Shown one piece after another: positions 42,782 through 53,971 of a DNA stretch of 64,000 bases; positions within the stretch are counted from its first letter, which is position 1; each line of letters starts with the position of its first letter. Source of the stretch: Spirochaetota bacterium. Its GTDB lineage: Bacteria > Spirochaetota > UBA12135 > COTS27. Location: the NCBI GenBank assembly GCA_965249715.1, contig CBDFMP010000049.1, positions 8,547 to 72,546 of the forward strand. Direction: 5' to 3'. The notes below the pieces were generated by a model, which saw only the letters and a list, made by a program, of their open reading frames with translations, did no database searches and was not told the origin of the DNA. The translations under genes and the position numbers were made by a program.

Positions 42782-44278
42782 ATGGAAACGTTTCAGCTGA
42801 GAAGTGCTATCGAGGGCATTGCTGTTAGTAGTGAGATTGAAACTGAGCGCGTGATTGAGATCTTGCGCGAGGTTATTGGTGAAGAACTTGCCGGATATTT
42901 GAATATCCTTGAGGACAATGTGGTGGTGGAAGTGGATGAAGGCATGAATATGCAGCTTTATTTGCTTAAAGACGTGGTGGAGCAGGTGGAGGATAAACTT
43001 TTGCAGATGAGTGAAGCAGACCTGAAACTTAGCGAGAGAAAACACGGCCCCTTGCAGCGCGTAACAGGTAAGGTGCAGGTGCCCATTTCCTTAGATATAC
43101 TTTCGCGCAATAGTATTCGTTTGTTTAATCAGAGCCTGCTGATGAAACTGCGCAATATTAAAAAAGAAAGCATTTATCGTGAGTACAAAGCACGCGAAGG
43201 CACCCTGGCAACAGGAATATTTCTGCGCCGCGCAGGCCGCCACATTATTTTAAATTTGGGTAACGTCGAAGGCATCCTCCCCTATCGCGAACAGTGTTAC
43301 CGCGATAATTTTCGCCCAGGCGATACCGTCAAAGTTTATATCAAACAAGTAGAAATTGAAAATCGCGCTCACCCGCACATCGAACTCAGTCGCGCCGATG
43401 TTCACTTTGTCGTCAAACTTTTTGAACGTGAAGTGGAAGAAATGTCCACAGGCGTCGTGCGCGTTAAAAAAATTGTCCGTGAAGCAGGACGAAAAACAAA
43501 AATGATCGTCACTTCCACAAAAAGCGATGTGGAACCCGTAGGCGCTTGTGTCGGGCTTTACGGCAATCGCATTAAAGCGGTCATGAAAGAACTGGGCGGT
43601 GAACGCATTGATGTGATCGCTTATTCTGAAAATATTAAAGAATACATTGCGCGTTCACTGGACCCGGGCAAGGTGGTGTATGTACTGATCATCGATAAAG
43701 AGGCCCAAGAAGCTTTGGTGGTGGTGGAAGACGAATCTTATCCGCTTGTCATAGGCAAGGACGGAAGCAATATTAAACTTGCTTGCAAACTTGTCGGCTG
43801 GCAACTTTCCATTCGCGGTGAAAGTCAGGTGAAAGATCATCCTAAGATCCTGAGTGGATTTTCTAAACTGGAATCGCTTTTTCAGAAAGAAGAATCGGAC
43901 CTGGAGCAGCTTAGCGACGTCGGTGAAGAACTCCTCGTTAAATTAATGAACGCCGGTGTGGAAACGGTTGCTGAACTTTATGAAAAGAGCGAAGATGAAA
44001 TTACTTCATTGGAGGGTGTGACGCGCGAAGAGGCTAAACGCCTGCGTACCTTTTTGGATGAAATTGTTGAAGTGGTGGAAAATGAGGACGTTGCACGGGA
44101 ATTTCAGGAAACTTATCTGGATAAAGTGGAAGATACCATGGACGCCGGTAGCGCTGAAGAGGAAATGGAAGAGGAAATTCAACAGATTGAATACGTGGTG
44201 TGCCCATCCTGTCAGTTTGAATTTGAATATAAAGAACAGCAAAGCTGCCCTAGTTGTAAGGCTGAGTTTGAGGAGTAG
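42782..44278 (+). CDS. nusA: Transcription factor NusA with C-terminal zinc ribbon
   Basis: VREAGRKTK, PVGACVG..GNRI, ELGGERIDV, IGKDGSNIKLA; CPSC...CPSC tail. Confidence 0.96.
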   Translation: METFQLRSAIEGIAVSSEIETERVIEILREVIGEELAGYLNILEDNVVVEVDEGMNMQLYLLKDVVEQVEDKLLQMSEADLKLSERKHGPLQRVTGKVQVPISLDILSRNSIRLFNQSLLMKLRNIKKESIYREYKAREGTLATGIFLRRAGRHIILNLGNVEGILPYREQCYRDNFRPGDTVKVYIKQVEIENRAHPHIELSRADVHFVVKLFEREVEEMSTGVVRVKKIVREAGRKTKMIVTSTKSDVEPVGACVGLYGNRIKAVMKELGGERIDVIAYSENIKEYIARSLDPGKVVYVLIIDKEAQEALVVVEDESYPLVIGKDGSNIKLACKLVGWQLSIRGESQVKDHPKILSGFSKLESLFQKEESDLEQLSDVGEELLVKLMNAGVETVAELYEKSEDEITSLEGVTREEAKRLRTFLDEIVEVVENEDVAREFQETYLDKVEDTMDAGSAEEEMEEEIQQIEYVVCPSCQFEFEYKEQQSCPSCKAEFEE

Positions 44279-44359
44279 TGTTTGCTGGCTGTACTTTGGA
44301 AACAACGGTAAATGCCCACTACTCACTTGCGATTAAACGCTGAAAAGCGATGACAAGGA

Positions 44360-46594
44360 TTGACCATGGCGGAAAGCTCTGCAAATGTCTTTTTTAAGAA
44401 GACCTCCGACGGCAAGACCAAAAAGGTGCTTGTCCGGCGCATCAGAAAGACTATTAAACTAAAAAAAATAATGCCCAAACCGCTGCCAGTCGCCAATGCA
44501 GCTGTACCCGCTGCAAAATCGGCGGCACCCGCAACACCACAGCCCGCTGCTGCTAAAACGCGCCGCAGTTCTCAAAAACAGGCGAAAATTTTTATCGCCA
44601 AAAAAACAGCCAAACGCGGCGGCTCGTTCGAGCGCGCCTCGTCTAAACGCAAATTGAAACGCCCGGCACGTGTCATGCCTTATGATGGCAGACCCGAAGA
44701 AGAGCCGCGCGGATTTTTGTCGGAGCGTAGCGACGACGCAGCCGTTTATGCCAATGTTCCCAAGAAGATAGAGATCGGCGAGGTCATTGCCATTACGGAA
44801 CTGGCGCGCAAATTGAATTTGAAAGCGGCACAGCTGATCAAGAAATTCTTCTCGCTCGGCGTTATGAATTTGCGCGTGTCTGATAATATTGATACAGACG
44901 CAGCACGGATTGTTTGCAGTGAACTGAACTGTGAAGTCTCAGTCGTCTCACTTGTCGAACAGACTAAAGTGGAAGTGGAACGCGGCGCAGAAGGGGATTA
45001 TGAGCCGCGCCCGGTCATTCTCACCACTATGGGACATGTGGACCACGGGAAAACAACGTTATTGGCAGCGTTGACAGGACGTGAGCAGCTTGCAGAAGCC
45101 GGCGGCATTACACAGCAAGTGACCGCCCATACCTTAACGCGCGAGCGTAGCGCACAAATGGCAAGACGCCTGGTCTTTTTGGATACGCCCGGGCATAGCG
45201 CATTTTTTTCAATGCGTGCTAAAGGCGTCAAGGTAACCGATTTTCTTATTGTCATCATGGCAGTGACCGAGGGCGTGAAGCCGCAGACGCTGGAAGTGCT
45301 GACATTGAATAAGACTGCGCAGCTGCCAATGGTCATTGTGGCGACAAAACTTGATCTGTTGCCCGTAGCGGCTGAACGCGAGCAGGCGCTCACGAAATTA
45401 AAACAGGTTTTGGGCAAATACGAGGTAGCGCTTAAGGAATGGGGCGGGACAGTGCCATTTTTTGCAGTTTCTGCCAAAACAGGCGAGGGCATTCAGGAAC
45501 TCATGACGGGACTGGAAGCACTGGCAGAGGAAGCTCAGCTCACAGGCAATCCCAAGGTGCGCGCTTATGGCTACGTCTTAGAGACGCAGGTGGTGACCGG
45601 TGAAGGCAATGTCATCACAACCATCATTCAGAACGGCACTATGCGTGTGGGCGATGCTTATCTTTGTCATAAGGCGCATGGCCGTGTGCGCGCCATTTAC
45701 GATGAGACGGATGCGAAGGTGCAGACTGCAGGCCCTGGCGCGGTGGTGCGTGTGATTGGGCTGGCGGAGACCATTCCCTCGGGACAATTTTTTCAGATCA
45801 TGGAAAATGAGCGCGCCGCACGGGTAACCGCCGAAAAACGTTATGAATTGGAACAGCTTAAAGCCGCCTCCAATGTTAAAAAAATCACCGTATCCAATCT
45901 TTTTTCCACCATGCAAAAAGAACAGGTGAAAGAATTGCGTTTAATTGTGAAAGCCGATACTTATGGTTCGGCGGAAGCCATTAGCGAGACGCTTAAACAA
46001 CTGCGCACCGCTGAGGTCAGGACGCAGGTGATTCATTTTGGCGTCGGCAGTGTCACAGAAAACGAGATCCAGCTGGCCGTTACCACCGCCTCCCAGCTCA
46101 TCGTGTTTAAACTGAAACTGCAGCCAAAATTGAAAGTGTTGGCAGTGCGTGAGGGTGTGCGCGTGGATCAATTTTCCGTCATTTATGACATTATTGATCA
46201 GGTGAAAGAACAACTGACGGGCATGTTGGACAAGCGTGTGGATGAGCAGGTAGAAGCGCGCCTGGAAGTGCTTGAATTGTTCAAACTGGCTAAGCTTGGG
46301 CGCATAGCAGGCTGTAAGGTTTTAACGGGCAAACTGAGCGCCAAGCATCAGGTGCGTGTTTTTCGTGACGACGCACTGATCCATACGGGTACATTGGCGA
46401 CACTCAGACGTTTTAAGAATGAGGCAGCTGAAGTGGTCGTGGGGGACGAATGTGGGCTTACCATTAAAAACTTTGAAAACTTTCAGGTAGGCGACGTTGT
46501 AGAAGCCTTCACCACAAAAGTGACCAAACGCACATTGGAACTGGACGAGCCGACCGTGCCAACACCTGAAACCGTCTCTTCTGTAAAATCCTAA
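44360..46594 (+). CDS. infB: Translation initiation factor IF-2
   Basis: MGHVDHGKTT, EAGGITQ, LDTPGH, KADTYGSAEA, ECGL. Confidence 0.97.
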   Translation: MTMAESSANVFFKKTSDGKTKKVLVRRIRKTIKLKKIMPKPLPVANAAVPAAKSAAPATPQPAAAKTRRSSQKQAKIFIAKKTAKRGGSFERASSKRKLKRPARVMPYDGRPEEEPRGFLSERSDDAAVYANVPKKIEIGEVIAITELARKLNLKAAQLIKKFFSLGVMNLRVSDNIDTDAARIVCSELNCEVSVVSLVEQTKVEVERGAEGDYEPRPVILTTMGHVDHGKTTLLAALTGREQLAEAGGITQQVTAHTLTRERSAQMARRLVFLDTPGHSAFFSMRAKGVKVTDFLIVIMAVTEGVKPQTLEVLTLNKTAQLPMVIVATKLDLLPVAAEREQALTKLKQVLGKYEVALKEWGGTVPFFAVSAKTGEGIQELMTGLEALAEEAQLTGNPKVRAYGYVLETQVVTGEGNVITTIIQNGTMRVGDAYLCHKAHGRVRAIYDETDAKVQTAGPGAVVRVIGLAETIPSGQFFQIMENERAARVTAEKRYELEQLKAASNVKKITVSNLFSTMQKEQVKELRLIVKADTYGSAEAISETLKQLRTAEVRTQVIHFGVGSVTENEIQLAVTTASQLIVFKLKLQPKLKVLAVREGVRVDQFSVIYDIIDQVKEQLTGMLDKRVDEQVEARLEVLELFKLAKLGRIAGCKVLTGKLSAKHQVRVFRDDALIHTGTLATLRRFKNEAAEVVVGDECGLTIKNFENFQVGDVVEAFTTKVTKRTLELDEPTVPTPETVSSVKS

Positions 46595-46603
46595 GCTACT
46601 CCT

Positions 46604-46993
46604 ATGTCTGCCTTTCGCCGCAGGAAACTGGAAACACAATTGGCGCAACGCCTGAGCGAACTGATTCTGTTTGAATTATCTGACGCACAGCTAGGCACTG
46701 AAATCATTTCCATCACGCGCGTGGAGGTGACCCCAGACTATTTTAAAGCGGCAGTGTATTTTACATTGCTGCGCGCGGAGTATAAAAACCGTGTACTCAA
46801 AGCGCTTTACCGCGCTGCGCCGCGTTTGCAGCACTTTTTATACAAACGTATGCGCATCGGCAAGCTGCCGCAGCTGCAGTTTTTTTACGATCACACAACA
46901 TTGCGGCGGCAGGAACAGTTTGCTGCAGGCGGCAGCGAAGCAGAAGCTGCTGCGACTGAGATTATCGCAGAAGAACGCCGCCGCAATAATTGA
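46604..46993 (+). CDS. rbfA: Ribosome-binding factor A
   Basis: ISITRVEVTPD...A.VYF, P.LQFFYD; follows infB. Confidence 0.9.
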   Translation: MSAFRRRKLETQLAQRLSELILFELSDAQLGTEIISITRVEVTPDYFKAAVYFTLLRAEYKNRVLKALYRAAPRLQHFLYKRMRIGKLPQLQFFYDHTTLRRQEQFAAGGSEAEAAATEIIAEERRRNN

Positions 46994-48553
46994 CAATACT
47001 TTCGGACAACACTGGCGCAGCGCCTGAGCGAACTGGTTCTGTTTGAATTGTCTGACGCACAGCTAGGCACTGAAATCATTTCCATCACGCGCGTGGAGGT
47101 GACATCAGACTATTTTAAGGCGGCAATGTGTTTTACATTGCTGCGCTTGCAGCACTTTTTATACAAACGCATGCGCATCGGCAAGCTGCTGCGACTGAGC
47201 TTATCGCAGAAGAACGCCGCCGCAACAATTGACAACACTTTCGGACAACACTGGCGCAGCGCCTGAGTGAACTGATTCTGTTTGAATTGTCTGACGCACA
47301 GCTAGGCACTGAAATCATTTCCATCACGTGCGTGGAAGTGACTCCCAGACTATTTTAAGGAGGCAATGTGTTTTACATTGCTGCGCACGGAACATAAAAA
47401 TTGTGTAATCAAAGCGCTTTACCGTGAACGCCGCCGCAACAATTGACAATACTTTACTGGCGCAGCACCTGAGCGAACTGATTCTGTTTGAATTGTCTGA
47501 CGCACAAACTGAAATTATTTCCATCACGCGCGTGGAGGTTACCGCGCTGCGCCGCGTTTGCAGTTTACTTTTTATACAAACGTATGTGCATCGGCAAGCT
47601 GCCGCAGCTGCAGTTTTTTTACGATCACACAACATTGCGGCGGCAGGAACAGTTTGCTGCAGGCGGCAGCGAAGCAGAAGCTGCTGCGACTGAGCTTATC
47701 GCAGAAGAACGCCGCCGCAACTTTCGGACAAATTGACAACTGACTTCTGACGCACAGCGGACAACACTGGCGCATTGCTGCGCTTGCGCCTGAGCGAACT
47801 GATTCTGTTTGAATTGTCTGACGCACAGCTAGGCACTGAAATCATTTCCATCACGCGCGTGGAGGTGACCCAGACAGACTTTTGCTTAAGGCGGCAGCTG
47901 TATTTTATCGGCAAGCTGCTGCGACTGAGCTTATCGCAGAAGAACGCCGCCGAACATACAAACTGGCGCAGCGCCTGAGCGAACTGTGTAATTGTCTCAA
48001 AGGCACGAAATCATTTTACCGCGCTGCGCCGCGTTTGCAGCACTTTTTATACAAACGTATGTGCATCGGCAAGCTGCCGCAGCTGCAGTTTTTTTACGAT
48101 CACACAACATTGCGGCGGCAGGAACAGGCGGCACTTGCGACATTGCTGCGCATGGAACATAAAAACCGTGTACTCAAAGCGTTTTACCGCGCTGCGCCGC
48201 GTTTGCAGCGTATGTGCATCGGCAAGCTGCTGCGACTGAGCTTATCGCAGAAGAACGCCGCCGCAACAATTGACAACACTTTCGGACAACACTGGCGCAG
48301 CGCCTGAGTGAACTGATTCTGTTTGAATTGTCTGACGCACAGCTAGGCACTGAAATTATTTCCATCACGTGCGTGGAAGTGACTCCCAGACTATTTTAAG
48401 GCGGCAATGTATTTTACATTGCCGCGCATGGAACATAAAAACCGTGTACTCAAAGCGTTTTATCGCATTGCGCCGCGTTTGCAGCACTTTTTATACAAAC
48501 GTATGCGCATCGGCAAGCTGCTGCGACTGAGATCATCGCAGAAGAACGCCGCC
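46994..48553 (+). repeat. About six scrambled, deleted tandem copies of rbfA
   Basis: ACTGGCGCA-led restarts near 47011, 47250, 47456, 47766, 47963 and 48291. Confidence 0.95.
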
Positions 48554-48739
48554 GAACAGTGCGGGAACTGCTGCTGCAATCCTTACTATGATTCTTGTGG
48601 GATGGTTTAAGGTTTTTAAAATTTTTTATGTTTTTTTATGGCTATTGTCATACGTTTATTGTTATGTCATACTATAACAACAGATTCATTGTACTGTAAC
48701 AGGTCGTGTTGCAGTGTTTGAATATGGAGGGATTTTGTA

Positions 48740-49981
48740 ATGATGAAACAATTTAAACAGAAATTAAAACTGGTCATGGCGGTAGCTGTGATCATTCCCC
48801 TATTAGTGGGTTCAAGTGTTGCCAAAGTGGACGGCGATACCATTCTCTTAGGGGCTGCCATTTCCTTAACAGGGAAGTACTCCACTAATGGCAAACACAC
48901 TAAGAATGGCTATGATTTAGCAGTTCAAGTGCTTAATGAAAAAGGTGGGATTGTGGTGAATGGCAAACGTTATAAGTTTGCGGTTAAGTATTATGATGAC
49001 GAATCCACACCAGCGCGCGCAGCACAGCTTACAGAGCGGCTTATTAAACAGGACGGTGTGCAGTTTTTACTGGGGCCTTATAGCTCTGGATTGACGAAGG
49101 CAATGGCACCGGTAAGCGAAAAATATAAGATACCGATGATTGAAGCCAATGGTGCATCGCGTTCACTTTTTACAAAAGGTTATAAATATTTATTTGCAAT
49201 TTTAACATCGGCGGATCAGTATTTGTCTGTGGCGGTGGACGTATTGGCAGAGCAGGCAAAGGCGAACGGGAAGCGTCCGCGTGACATGCGCATTGCGATT
49301 GCAATGGAGAATGATCCCTTTTCACAGGATGTGCGTTTGGGAATTTTAGAAGCGGCGAAAAAATATAAGATGAAGGTGGTGATCGATGATAAACTGCCTA
49401 AATCATTAGACGATATGGCGGCAACCTTGACAAAAGTGAAGGCGCTGAAACCGGACTTGCTGGCGATCTCTGGACATGCAAAGGGTGCCGCAACAGCAAC
49501 GCGGCAAATTGAACAATATAAAGTAAACGTGGACATGGTTGCCATGACACATTGCGATTCGGCAGCGATTGAATCCAAATTCCCTGTGGGCGCTAATTAC
49601 ATTCTTTGCGCGTTGCAATGGCAAAAAGAATTGACTTATAAGGATGATGACGGAACGTTTGGCAATGGCGCGGATTTTGCAAAGTTATTTCAAGACACTT
49701 ATGGATACGCACCCCCTTATCAAGCGGCTGAATCAGCTGTCGCTGTACAAGTTTGGGCAGATGCTTTCAAACGTGCAAAATCTTTTAATCCACAGAAAGT
49801 ACGCAATGCAATAGCCAAGACTTCCATGCAGACTTTTTATGGCAATGTCAAGTTTAACAAGGCTGGACAAAATATAGCCAAACCAATGGTGTTGTCGCAG
49901 ATTGTTGATGGACAATATAAGGTGGTGGCACCGTTGGAGTGGGCAAGCACGCCATTAACATTTCCGAAACCTTCATTGTAA
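48740..49981 (+). CDS. Branched-chain amino acid-type ABC transporter substrate-binding protein
   Basis: Signal peptide, SLTG.Y, YDDES.P, LLGPYSS. Confidence 0.92.
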   Translation: MMKQFKQKLKLVMAVAVIIPLLVGSSVAKVDGDTILLGAAISLTGKYSTNGKHTKNGYDLAVQVLNEKGGIVVNGKRYKFAVKYYDDESTPARAAQLTERLIKQDGVQFLLGPYSSGLTKAMAPVSEKYKIPMIEANGASRSLFTKGYKYLFAILTSADQYLSVAVDVLAEQAKANGKRPRDMRIAIAMENDPFSQDVRLGILEAAKKYKMKVVIDDKLPKSLDDMAATLTKVKALKPDLLAISGHAKGAATATRQIEQYKVNVDMVAMTHCDSAAIESKFPVGANYILCALQWQKELTYKDDDGTFGNGADFAKLFQDTYGYAPPYQAAESAVAVQVWADAFKRAKSFNPQKVRNAIAKTSMQTFYGNVKFNKAGQNIAKPMVLSQIVDGQYKVVAPLEWASTPLTFPKPSL

Positions 49982-50135
49982 CAGCAGCATAGCAGCTGGC
50001 GGCTTGCTGTAAGTTTATTGGCAAGGTGTGCGAGCTTGCTGATTAAAAGAAGGCTTAAGCTTGTTTGTTTTATCCTGATGTAAATTTCATATCGCTGGCT
50101 GGTGGGGCAGCTGGCGATGTGGATGGGGAGCATGT

Positions 50136-51041
50136 GTGCAGGATCTGATCATTTTTATCACGAACCCGCCGCTTATGGTACAAGCGGTGGTCAATGGCAT
50201 TGTCATTGGCGGGTTATTTGCCGTAGTGGCGTACGGCTTTGCGCTGGTCTGGGGTGTCATGGGCATTATTAATGTGGCACAGGGTGAGTTTGTCCTGATG
50301 GGTGCTTATGTAACACTTTATTTTTCATGGCTAGTGCCTGGGGTTTCACCTTTGTGGAGCATTCCCCTGGCCATGGTACTAGTAGGCGTTTTGGGTTGGC
50401 TGCTCTACCATGGCATTGTGTTTAGAATTGTTGGGCGGGATCTGTTTACGTCGCTGCTGGCAACCTTTGGCATCAGCATTTTACTGCAGCAGCTGATGAA
50501 TTTAACATTCGGGGCGGATGTGCAGGCTGTGAATGCACAGTTGCCAACGTTGTTTATGCTGGAGCAGACGGTTGCCTTGCCTGTGGTGCGGTTGCTTGCC
50601 TTAGTGGGAGCATTGGTGATAGCAACTTTGATGGTGTTATTCCTGAGGTATTCGCGCATGGGGCAGGCTATTCGTGCAACGGCACAAAATGAACGTGCCG
50701 CTAAATTACTTGGTGTGAAGACACAGCGTGTCTATGGATTGACCTTTGCGCTTAATGCTTTTTTATGCGGAGGTGCCGGCGCCTTGGTTGCAATGACCTT
50801 TTCCATTCATCCTTATATAGGTTTGCCTTATACTGTGCGTTCATTTATGATTGTCATTTTTGCGGGACTGGGTAACTTTGCAGGTGTTTTGGTATCGGCA
50901 GTGACATTGGGGACATTAGAGGAAATAGCGGATTTTGTCTTGGGGGCAGAATTTAGATTGGCGTTTATTTTTTCATTTCTGGTGGCAGTATTAGTGTGGC
51001 GCAACTGGCGGCTGAAGCGCAAGCGGGAATACTTGAAATAA
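50136..51041 (+). CDS. livH: ABC transporter permease, LivH-like
   Basis: GVMGIINVAQGE, GQAIRATAQN, GLGN. Confidence 0.88.
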   Translation: MQDLIIFITNPPLMVQAVVNGIVIGGLFAVVAYGFALVWGVMGIINVAQGEFVLMGAYVTLYFSWLVPGVSPLWSIPLAMVLVGVLGWLLYHGIVFRIVGRDLFTSLLATFGISILLQQLMNLTFGADVQAVNAQLPTLFMLEQTVALPVVRLLALVGALVIATLMVLFLRYSRMGQAIRATAQNERAAKLLGVKTQRVYGLTFALNAFLCGGAGALVAMTFSIHPYIGLPYTVRSFMIVIFAGLGNFAGVLVSAVTLGTLEEIADFVLGAEFRLAFIFSFLVAVLVWRNWRLKRKREYLK

Positions 51042-51125
51042 GCTCAATTATGAGACGATGTAATGTTTAATGAGCTTTAACCGGCTCAGCAAACGCTGCA
51101 AATAAACAATACAAAAAATAAGCTA

Positions 51126-52160
51126 ATGACTAAACAGCGACGCGAATTGATTATCTATGGTTGCCTCTTGGCTATAGGATTGTTTGCACCTTATGTAGCT
51201 GCAAATTATGTAACGCAGCTTGCGTTTGCGTGGATTTTTATTGTGATGGCCCTTACCTGGGATTTACAAGGTGGACAGATGGGCTATAATTCATTTGGAA
51301 ACATCGTCTTTTTTGGTGTGGGCATGTATGCAAGTGCTGTCCTGCAGATTAGTCCGTTTTTTTCGTTGGCAGAATGGACGGAGGGCGGCGGGGAGAATAC
51401 GTTCACACATACACTTAGTCAATATTTCAGCGGATTGACGCTGGGAGTGGCGCTGAGTGGGTTTATTGCGGCGGCACTGGCGTGGCTGCTGGGTGCATTG
51501 ATCCTCACAATGCGTGGACATTATTTTGCAATCTGTACCTTAGCTTTGGGAGTTGCAGTTGGGGAAATGGCCTCAGGTATTGAAATTTTGGGCGGCGGTT
51601 CGGGACTTTCGGTGCCGGTGTGGCCGGATGCGGCTGGCAGTATTGACAGTCGTAATCGTTTGTTTTATTTTATAGCGCTGGGTATTTTTGCACTTGCATT
51701 TATTGTCATGCGTTGGCTTTTACGTGCGCGTTTTGGTCAAACATTGAATGCTATTCGTGATGATGAAGACAAGGCGGAGGCGATGGGTGTGCCGACTACT
51801 CGCTTTAAAATTCTCAGTTGGATGGTTTCGGCGTTTTTTTTGGGCATGGTGGGCGCGCTGACAGGCAACTTGGTCGGCTTCATTGATCCTATCGATGTAG
51901 CTTTTACAGGCGCCACCTACGGAGTATGGATGGTTTTAATGGTAATTTTGGGCGGTAAAGGCACATTGTGGGGCCCAATCATCGGTGCCTGCGTATTTCA
52001 TGTATTTCAAGAGCTGTTTTGGACCTACTTTTTGGGTTGGCAACGCGTAGCCCTGGGTTTATTAATTGTTGTGATTGTCGTGTTTTTTCCGCAGGGCATT
52101 TTTGGCTGGCTGCGTGCACGCAATAAACAACTGGAACAACTTAAAATGGCTAAAGAGTGA
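51126..52160 (+). CDS. livM: ABC transporter permease, LivM-like
   Basis: RGHYFAICTL, AIRDDEDKAEAMGV, ILGGKGTLWGPIIGA. Confidence 0.88.
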   Translation: MTKQRRELIIYGCLLAIGLFAPYVAANYVTQLAFAWIFIVMALTWDLQGGQMGYNSFGNIVFFGVGMYASAVLQISPFFSLAEWTEGGGENTFTHTLSQYFSGLTLGVALSGFIAAALAWLLGALILTMRGHYFAICTLALGVAVGEMASGIEILGGGSGLSVPVWPDAAGSIDSRNRLFYFIALGIFALAFIVMRWLLRARFGQTLNAIRDDEDKAEAMGVPTTRFKILSWMVSAFFLGMVGALTGNLVGFIDPIDVAFTGATYGVWMVLMVILGGKGTLWGPIIGACVFHVFQELFWTYFLGWQRVALGLLIVVIVVFFPQGIFGWLRARNKQLEQLKMAKE

Positions 52161-52200
52161 CCCCCAGCAATCAAGCTTCTGTGGAAACTGGTGACGTTCA

Positions 52201-52962
52201 ATGAAAAATACCAATGTTGAAACATTGCTTACTGTGCAGCAAGTAGTCAAACGTTATGGCGGCGTACTTGCCAATAATAACGTCTCGCTGTCGGTGCGTA
52301 CAGGGGAGATTGTTGGGCTTATCGGTCCCAATGGTTCCGGTAAAACTACGCTGTTTAGCTCCATTTGCGGCACACACCCCATAGATAGCGGAAGTATTGC
52401 TTTCAACCAAAAAGAAATTTCAACGTACAGCATTGCTGAAATTGCACGGATGGGGCTGGTGCGAACATTTCAGCATACGCGTATTTATGGCGGCATGAGT
52501 GTGCTGGAGAATGTCCGCATCAGTCTCCCGCGTAAACGCCTCCCAAGTCTGTTGGAAATCTTAAGCCCCTTGCCGCAGGAATTGACGCAGCGCGCAGAGG
52601 AACTCCTGCAATTTGTCGGTTTATATGAGAAACGTAAGTTGGATGCAGGTGACCTTTCTTTCGGTCAACAGAAGCTCTTGGAATTTGCTATGGCACTGAT
52701 GAGCGAACCAAAACTTTTGCTGCTGGATGAGCCCACCGCAGGCATCAATCCCACGCTCATCAATGGCCTGGTGGAACGATTGTTCGATATTAATAAACGT
52801 TTTGGTGTCACATTGCTTGTGATTGAACACAATATGCGTGTGATGATGAGTCTGGCGCAACGGGTTTATTGTCTGGCACATGGCGAGGTGATTGCCGAGG
52901 GCGCGCCGCGGGAAATGCAACGCTCGCAGAAGGTTATTGACGCCTACCTAGGCGCACGTTAA
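52201..52962 (+). CDS. livG: ABC transporter ATPase, LivG-like
   Basis: GPNGSGKT, RTFQ, LSFGQQK, LLDEP, AYLG. Confidence 0.92.
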   Translation: MKNTNVETLLTVQQVVKRYGGVLANNNVSLSVRTGEIVGLIGPNGSGKTTLFSSICGTHPIDSGSIAFNQKEISTYSIAEIARMGLVRTFQHTRIYGGMSVLENVRISLPRKRLPSLLEILSPLPQELTQRAEELLQFVGLYEKRKLDAGDLSFGQQKLLEFAMALMSEPKLLLLDEPTAGINPTLINGLVERLFDINKRFGVTLLVIEHNMRVMMSLAQRVYCLAHGEVIAEGAPREMQRSQKVIDAYLGAR

Positions 52963-52976
52963 ACTGGAATTGAAAA

Positions 52977-53924
52977 ATGCCCAAAACAAAAACAAACGCA
53001 AAAGTAAAAGCAAATACAAACGCTAAGGCAAAAACAAACACTAAGGCTAAGACCAGCTCTCCCACACGGCAGACTAAGATCAGCGGCTACGGAGCGGGTT
53101 CTGTTAAACACGTGATCTCTGTGGAGGCTATTGCGCGTGAGGTCAGCGCGCTCTCCGCTAAAGCACCCAGTCAAGCCGCATTGCAAGCGCTTACGGGCAG
53201 CGCCGATGAACCTTATTTGGTTTTTGAGAATGTGACCGCAGGTTACGGAAAAATGATGATCCTCAGAGATTTCAACCTGCGCTTGGCGCGCGGGCAATCT
53301 CTGTGTTTAATAGGCCCCAATGGCGCCGGTAAGTCAACCATTTTGCATACGCTTTATGGTTTCAATACGATTGAAAAAGGGCGCATTTTATTAAATGGCG
53401 TGGACGTTACGCATTTGGCGCCTAATGATAAACTTGCGCGTGTGAAAGTGGCATATCTATTGCAGGAAAGTTCTGTTTTTCCCAATATGACGGTAGAAGA
53501 AAACTTATTAATGGGCGGGTTTTTATTGAATAATCGCCATAAGGCAGCTGAGGCGACCAAACGCGTGCTGGAAAAATATCCGCGCCTGGCGGCGCGCCGC
53601 AAACAACCTGCCAGTGCTTTATCCGGTGGTGAACGCCGCCTTTTGGAAATTTCACGCGCACTCATTATGGACCCCGATGTTTTATTGGTGGATGAACCTT
53701 CTATCGGGTTGGAGCCGCGGTTTATTGATATGGTTTTTGAACTCTTGACTGAACTGCGCGACCGCGAAAAGAAAACCATTTTAATGGTGGAACAAAACGC
53801 CAAAAAAGGCTTAGAATTTGCTGAGCTGGCTTATGTCTTAGTCAACGGTCACACGGCGCTAGCGGGGCACGGTAATGATTTACTTGCCGATAAACGCGTC
53901 GGTAAGTTATTCTTAGGCGGATAG
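52977..53924 (+). CDS. livF: ABC transporter ATPase, LivF-like, with N-terminal extension
   Basis: GPNGAGKS, LSGGE, DEPSIGL, VEQNA, FLGG. Confidence 0.92.
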   Translation: MPKTKTNAKVKANTNAKAKTNTKAKTSSPTRQTKISGYGAGSVKHVISVEAIAREVSALSAKAPSQAALQALTGSADEPYLVFENVTAGYGKMMILRDFNLRLARGQSLCLIGPNGAGKSTILHTLYGFNTIEKGRILLNGVDVTHLAPNDKLARVKVAYLLQESSVFPNMTVEENLLMGGFLLNNRHKAAEATKRVLEKYPRLAARRKQPASALSGGERRLLEISRALIMDPDVLLVDEPSIGLEPRFIDMVFELLTELRDREKKTILMVEQNAKKGLEFAELAYVLVNGHTALAGHGNDLLADKRVGKLFLGG

Positions 53925-53971
53925 TACTGTGCTCCTGCACGGAATGCGGACGGGGGTTTAGCAGGCTGCAG

